Assembly (NCBI GenBank): GCA_051294375.1
Contig: JBJCIZ010000496.1
Coordinates: forward strand, 1-13,233
Reading direction: 5' to 3'
Length of the DNA stretch: 13,233 nt
DNA from: Paraspadella gotoi
Lineage: Eukaryota; Animalia; Chaetognatha
Position 1 is the first letter of the stretch. Every line of letters starts with the position of its first letter. The notes beneath the pieces were generated by a model that saw only the letters and a list, made by a program, of their open reading frames with translations, searched no databases and had not been told where the DNA came from. Made by a program: the position numbers and the translations under genes. Below, one piece after another: positions 8,991-13,233 of the stretch.

Positions 8991-9569
8991 TCATATTTTC
9001 CATTTCATGGATTTTTGCGAGAAGGGCGCGATTCCTTTTGTCCTTTTTAATCTTTCGATTTCCTCTCGTAATTTCTCTTTCAATCTTCTTTCTTGCTCGC
9101 ACTGGATATCCTCTCGAAGACGAGCGACTTCTTTCTTCCAAGTTTGAAAGCGTTTTCTTGCTTCTCTTTTCTTACGTTGTTGACGAAGAAATTCGTGTTT
9201 CCTCTCTTTATCCCATTTCTCTTGTAATTCAGCGAAACATTCCTCGCTGGTCGACTTTGTTAAAAATAATTACTTCGTCTTCCTCTGATGACGAAGAGGA
9301 AGATGACGGTGCCCATTTCGATACTTCTAAAATCTCGATCACGTCCTCTGGTTTTACTTCCGCAACTGATGCGGGACTTGATGGTGGAGCAGCTTCCGAT
9401 TCCGGCTGCGACGAAAATGTTGGGGAAGCTGGTGGTGACGACCTTTCTGGTGAAGCAGATGACGAGGATCTTTTTCAGAGGGGTCTTCGACTTCCCTGTG
9501 AGCATGTTGAAACTCGTCAGGGCTTGACAATTCTTCCTCAATTACGATAGTGTCTATGCAATCCGTCAT
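8991..9569 (-). CDS. Accessory ORF A: acidic, Ser/Pro-rich N-half plus charged, probably coiled-coil C-half (about 185-190 aa, two frame breaks)
   Basis: GCCATG start 23 nt after CTCTTTTTCTTTACTCAG. Reads MTDCIDTIVIEEELSSPDEF..., then after a shift in an A-run near 9472 SSSASPERSSPPASPTFSSQPESEAAPP...SSSEEDE, then after a break at 9255-9273 STSEECFAELQEKWDKERKHEFLRQQRKKREARKRFQTWKKEVARLREDIQCEQERRLKEKLREEIERLKR...MKWKI-TGA. Confidence 0.65.
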
Positions 9570-9592
9570 GGCTGAGCGTTAAACAAGTGGCT

Positions 9593-9612
9593 CTGAGTAA
9601 AGAAAAAGAGTA
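9593..9612 (-). promoter_or_regulatory. Strong 3' splice acceptor at the head of the accessory cassette
   Basis: Polypyrimidine tract CTCTTTTTCTTTACT followed by CAG, 23 nt before the ORF A start. This is the position of an env-type subgenomic acceptor after pol. Confidence 0.6.
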
Positions 9613-10109
9613 ACGGTAATGTTTGATACATGTCATAAAGACTTTAATATTGACAGACTAGTGCAATTTTATTCAAATAATTATTCGAATTTCGATGTAA
9701 ACATCATTCGAAAGTTTGATGCATTTTGCGCACTTTTTATAAACAACGGAACAATTGAATATGAGTCCGAATGATGAAATAATACTAACTAACTTAATAA
9801 GTCCCAGACTCGTCTTAACGAATTCTCTTTAAGACAATAGCTTGCTGATAATAACTCGTTATTTGAATTCGCTTGAGTGACTTTTCAGTAAATAAATGAC
9901 CAAGTACTATCCTGGTCAAAAAATTAAATAATAGCAATTTGACTTTAAATAAGGTTTCTGATCAATTCTTTAAAATAATGATCGGGTTGTGTGATGAATT
10001 ATAACATCCAACAATTAGTGGTGAACAAATATTCAAGAGATATTTTCAAATTTGTTTACAGTAATATAAATGGTTTTTTCTCAATTATAGACAAAGCGAA
10101 AAAGATGTT

Positions 10110-11200
10110 TCAAAGGTTCACCTTTTTTCTAATCAATTCCAGTTTGATTAAAGTTTTTACATGCCGACGAATCTCCTTCTTGTTCGGAGTTTTCACGATC
10201 GCTTCGCGTTTGTGAATGTCTTCTCCACTAGTTTTGAAATTCGACCAACTCTCCAAATGTCTCGAGGTGTGTTCTCTTCCTCGATTAGTACGATATCTCC
10301 TGCTTTGAGGTCATCGGAAGAAGTTGTCCATTTCTTTCGACAGCGAAGAGTCGTGAGGTACTCTTGTTTCCAACGGATCCAGAATCTGTCTGCCGTATCG
10401 CGGACGATTTTCCAAGATGCTCGTAAAGTGTCGCCAACTGTAGGAGTGTAAGGAAGGAGAGTTAAAGCTGTAGAGGCATGTAAATAAGGGTATAAAAAAT
10501 TTTCAGGACTCAATGCTATGATTTCGTTCGGATTTGCTGGAGCCTGAGTAATTGGTCTTCTGTTTAATATAGCAGAGATTTCACATAAAATAGTAACGAA
10601 AGTATCAAGGTCAGGTTCCTTGGGTAAGGAAGTTGTTATATGCTTTTTTGTACTTTTTACGAGACGCTCCCATACTCCCCCCCAATGAGGGGTGTGCGGA
10701 GGGCCGAAGTCCCACCTGATATCGTTCGAGGCGATGAACTCTGTAAACTTTTCATCTTGACGAATTGTTTTCAGTTGCCTTTTTAATTCGTTGTCGATGC
10801 CTCTGAAATTTGTTCCATTATCCGAAACAAGTCGCTCCAAACCTGGGAAATGTGAGCGGAACCTTATCAATGCTGATATAACTGACATACTTGACATGTC
10901 TTTTAAAACTTCGAATACTACGGCTCTTGTAGTCATGCAAGTAAGAAGTAGAACATGTTTATTATTGTAACTTTCCGCGTTTTTCTTTTGTTGGGACCGA
11001 GACATCGCTCCCGTGGTTTTTAAAGGGATGGCTGTTCACTCGAATTCGGGGGAGGTCGCTTTTTGTGGGGGTTTGGGTCTTGTGTGCCTTTTGGCATTGT
11101 AGACATTTCCTATGAGTTATCCCGTTTGCTCGTCTCCTTATAGCAAATTTCTTTTAGGAGTGAAGTGTGCGAGAACCGCCCGCATGTTTCAATGTCATGG
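10110..11200 (-). CDS. Integrase: HHCC remnant, DDE core (clean ORF 10193-11005) and DUF5641-type C-terminus
   Basis: H....HAG near 11180-11205, CLQCQK, DLP..RV...PF.TTG.D just upstream of 11005, TCMTTRAVVFE, SDNGTNF, PHWGGVWERLVKSTK, LNRRPI, FWIRWKQEYLTTL, GDIVLI, WRVGRI. After a frameshift near 10232 the frame reads SGEDIHKREAIVKTPNKKEIRRHVKTLIKLELIRKKVNL with TGA at 10110-10112, the expected end of this domain. Confidence 0.93.
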
Positions 11201-11729
11201 AATGCTCTAATTATAGAAATTTACTTTTTCATCATTTTTTGTTAAGACCAGGGTGTGTTTGTGTTTCGGATGATATCTTTTTGGCTTTGCCAAGTCTGGC
11301 CCGTGCTCTATACTTTCTCGATAATGACGTGGACCTTTGTTAGCGAAATTCTTTGTTGAAATTTTAGTTTGAGTCTCTTTTTGTTCGGAGACAAAATACC
11401 ATTTTAATAATTCTTTGATTTCTTTTCAATTGAGATCGTGAATAGCTTTATTAATTTTTCCTCGCGTGGTTTGTTTCGGGTAAGTAAAATGTTTTAACTG
11501 TTGTAGCCTATTTCCCTTCTTTTTTGTGTTAAAATCCAGTTCTTAGTATTTTAGACGGAGGAGGTGTTGGTACGCAAGTGCATTGCGGGCTACATTCTCG
11601 GGGGTGGTTGCAGTACTCGTCGGATCGGCGGCCAAATGGACTTCTTGTTGGTATCTTCGTGAGCGTTTGGAAGTCTCCTTTCTGGTAGGATTTGATGGGT
11701 ATTTTTGACGGTTCGGCCTTGCTTTTGGT

Positions 11730-12430
11730 TGTGAAGCCAGCGGGACTCTGTGGAAGAATGGTGCATTTACTTGTCATTCGCGTCGGGCCCTAGAGGTGAA
11801 GCGGCGGGGATTTTCCTTTCTTGCGCGGTGCCGCTCTGTATGGAGTAATTTCGTTAGTTGTTTTGAGGTCTATGTGTCGAAGGTGTTTAATCTTTTAGTA
11901 TATTTTATGCATTTAATACTGTATTCGTCTGTGGCATCTTGTTTGCTAGAAATTTTTCCAGACTCTCTATTTATATCTTGAGTGAGCTGCAGTCTTGCTG
12001 CATTTTAATTCTAACGAGGCATATCTCTTCAGGTGATCCTCTTGTTTCTGGTGATCATGTTCTTTGCTTTGCAATGGAACACATGGAGATTTTCGCTCGT
12101 AATAAGGACATAACATTTCGTCTTATTTGTTATCTTTTTTTAAATATGCGACGGGGGTTGCCGTAACGTAGACGATTGCATCTGCAAAGAATAATTATTG
12201 CGTCTTGCAAGTTTAGGCCCGATATGGATGTCCATGAGGAAATGCCATCTTTTCAGCTTTGTCCATCTCTCGTCTCCATTTGGTCAAATTTTGAAAGTAT
12301 TCTGATTTCTGTCCAGTTGTTGCTCATTTTGTTGCTTTTTGGAAATGAACCTTCCTTTTAATATGTATGGTGACACCCAGTGATCATGCGCTTGCTACTA
12401 GTTTCAAAAATTCGGCTGGTATTGCTCCTT
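11730..12430 (-). pseudogene. Pao 'Peptidase_A17' / RNase H region, heavily indel-disrupted
   Basis: Remnants in the expected order: EFLKLVASA.D.LG..SPYI, IIFADA...YG..VAYL, LLRAK.S.V.P, MPRLEL.AA, TD..TVL, NPA...SR, P.WL. Read by eye with frame repair. Confidence 0.8.
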
Positions 12431-12910
12431 TTTTGCGCGTTTTCGTTTATAGGACAAAATAATCTTTCTCAGTATTGAACCTTCCTAAATTCTTACTTTT
12501 TGGTTTCTGTCGCCATCTTGGGCTTCGGTGCGGGAAGCATTTCGGCATTTTCGGGTCATGCGAGTTCGTTCAGTTTCCTGAGATCGATTGGAGCACGTCA
12601 GTCTGAGATAGGATTCGTCTTTGAGGCCCGGGAGTGCTGAACTCTTTAAACTTGCAGTTCAAGCTCGCGCTTGAGTGCTGTCGTGAGTCTATTCTCAGCG
12701 TTTGTGCTTCCTGGGGGTATTGAGTGAGTCCATAATGTCATGTAAGTTGGAGGAAAATAGAAGAAGCTTAGTGGGACTTGGTCCTTTTTCTGTTTCATGT
12801 GATATTTAATGACCGTTTGCGACAGCCGGCGCTACCAGAGCCGCCAAAATCGTGACATGTAGATTGGTGGGTCTCAGCTTTGTTGCTTTAGTCGGCTTAC
12901 CAAAAAACTC

Positions 12911-13228
12911 TTAAAGGCACGCTCGATCGGCGGGGTTCGTTTCTATGTTGATGAAAGGCCTTTTTATGTCCCGCAGGACGAGTGTTCTTTTTTTCCTCGA
13001 ACCTCGATTTACGCCCAGTAAAGGAGTCAGGTTGTCAGGGCCAGCTATTAAATGCTGGTTTAAAAATGTACCTCGGGTTTTCGAGGCTGCGTCCTGACAA
13101 ATTCGGAATTTTCCGGGTTTGTCGGGGCGCGTGACAATGTGCAATGGAGTATAATATTCTGGCAATTCGCCATTTAAATTTTCAATTTCTACTTTACTTG
13201 AGAAACCGACCTCCATGCATTCGCGCAT
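12911..13228 (-). CDS. Reverse transcriptase N-terminal part (BEL/Pao type); continues in broken frames to about 12600
   Basis: YYTPLHIV..PDKPGKFRICQDAASK..G.FLN..L..GPD.L..L and DIK..F..I...P.DR match the BEL/Pao RT pattern Y.PH..V......TK.R.VFDAS......SLN..L..GP.L and DI.K.F.QI...DR. Confidence 0.9.
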   Translation of the reverse strand: MRECMEVGFSSKVEIENLNGELPEYYTPLHIVTRPDKPGKFRICQDAASKTRGTFLNQHLIAGPDNLTPLLGVNRGSRKKRTLVLRDIKRPFINIETNPADRACL

Positions 13229-13233
13229 TGTTT

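Larger units (their letters stand above)
3830..13233 (-). mobile_element. BEL/Pao LTR retrotransposon, partial: pol plus putative 3' accessory cassette; 5' part lies beyond the window and no LTR is seen
   Basis: Pol domain order RT-RNase H-integrase with BEL/Pao-type motifs at 10110-13233 is secure. Extension to 3830 is inferred from the co-oriented ORF array that starts about 540 nt after the pol stop, with no LTR or polypurine tract recognised in between. Confidence 0.7.
10110..13233 (-). pseudogene. pol: BEL/Pao pol polyprotein, frameshifted (mutation or sequencing error)
   Basis: Ordered motifs on the minus strand across changing frames: YYTPLHIVTRPDKPGKFRICQDAAS / LNQHLIAGPD, a YMD(D)-like remnant near 12740, REFLKLVAS..D.LG near 12375-12415, FADA near 12180, PRLEL near 12015, CLQCQK at 11087-11104, SDNGTNF, GGVWERLV and FWIRWKQEYL. 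Confidence 0.93.

Noticed and set aside
9038-9550. 170-aa plus-strand ORF and the 79-aa ORF 9288-9527
   Set aside because: These are antisense shadows of the low-complexity ORF A. The longer one has a non-ATG start, and neither shows independent signals.
3830-9569. env / glycoprotein gene
   Set aside because: No signal peptide, transmembrane helix or long Cys-rich ectodomain appears in any reconstructed ORF.
11529-12361. Small ORFs 11529-11777, 11796-11981, 11939-12166 and 12176-12361 as separate genes
   Set aside because: They are off-frame or antisense fragments within the disrupted pol RNase H region.

Overview
AT-rich eukaryotic, probably invertebrate, genomic DNA. The right end (10110-13233, minus strand) is the pol region of a BEL/Pao (Belpaoviridae-type) LTR retrotransposon: RT, then the Pao 'Peptidase_A17'/RNase H region, the HHCC zinc finger, the DDE integrase core and a DUF5641-type tail. 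It is broken by many single-base indels, especially at 11005-12910. Directly downstream of pol on the same strand, where an env gene or the 3' LTR would be expected, lies a 5.7 kb tightly packed array of about 10 small ORFs (9569 down to the assembly gap at 3829). None has an evident signal peptide or transmembrane segment. Almost every ORF has its own 3' splice-acceptor-like site a few to about 55 nt before its ATG, and two contain GT-AG introns. The array includes three diverged paralog pairs (D1/D2, F1/F2, G1/G2, the last two arranged F-G-F-G) and an Arg/Ser/Pro-rich protein built from a 78-bp tandem repeat. Best reading, which is an inference: a 'complex' BEL/Pao element with a multi-gene accessory cassette expressed by alternative or trans-splicing. 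The 3' LTR is not visible, so membership of the cassette in the element is unproven. Positions 1-3804 look non-coding, with only simple repeats. All alignments and frameshift repairs were done by eye.
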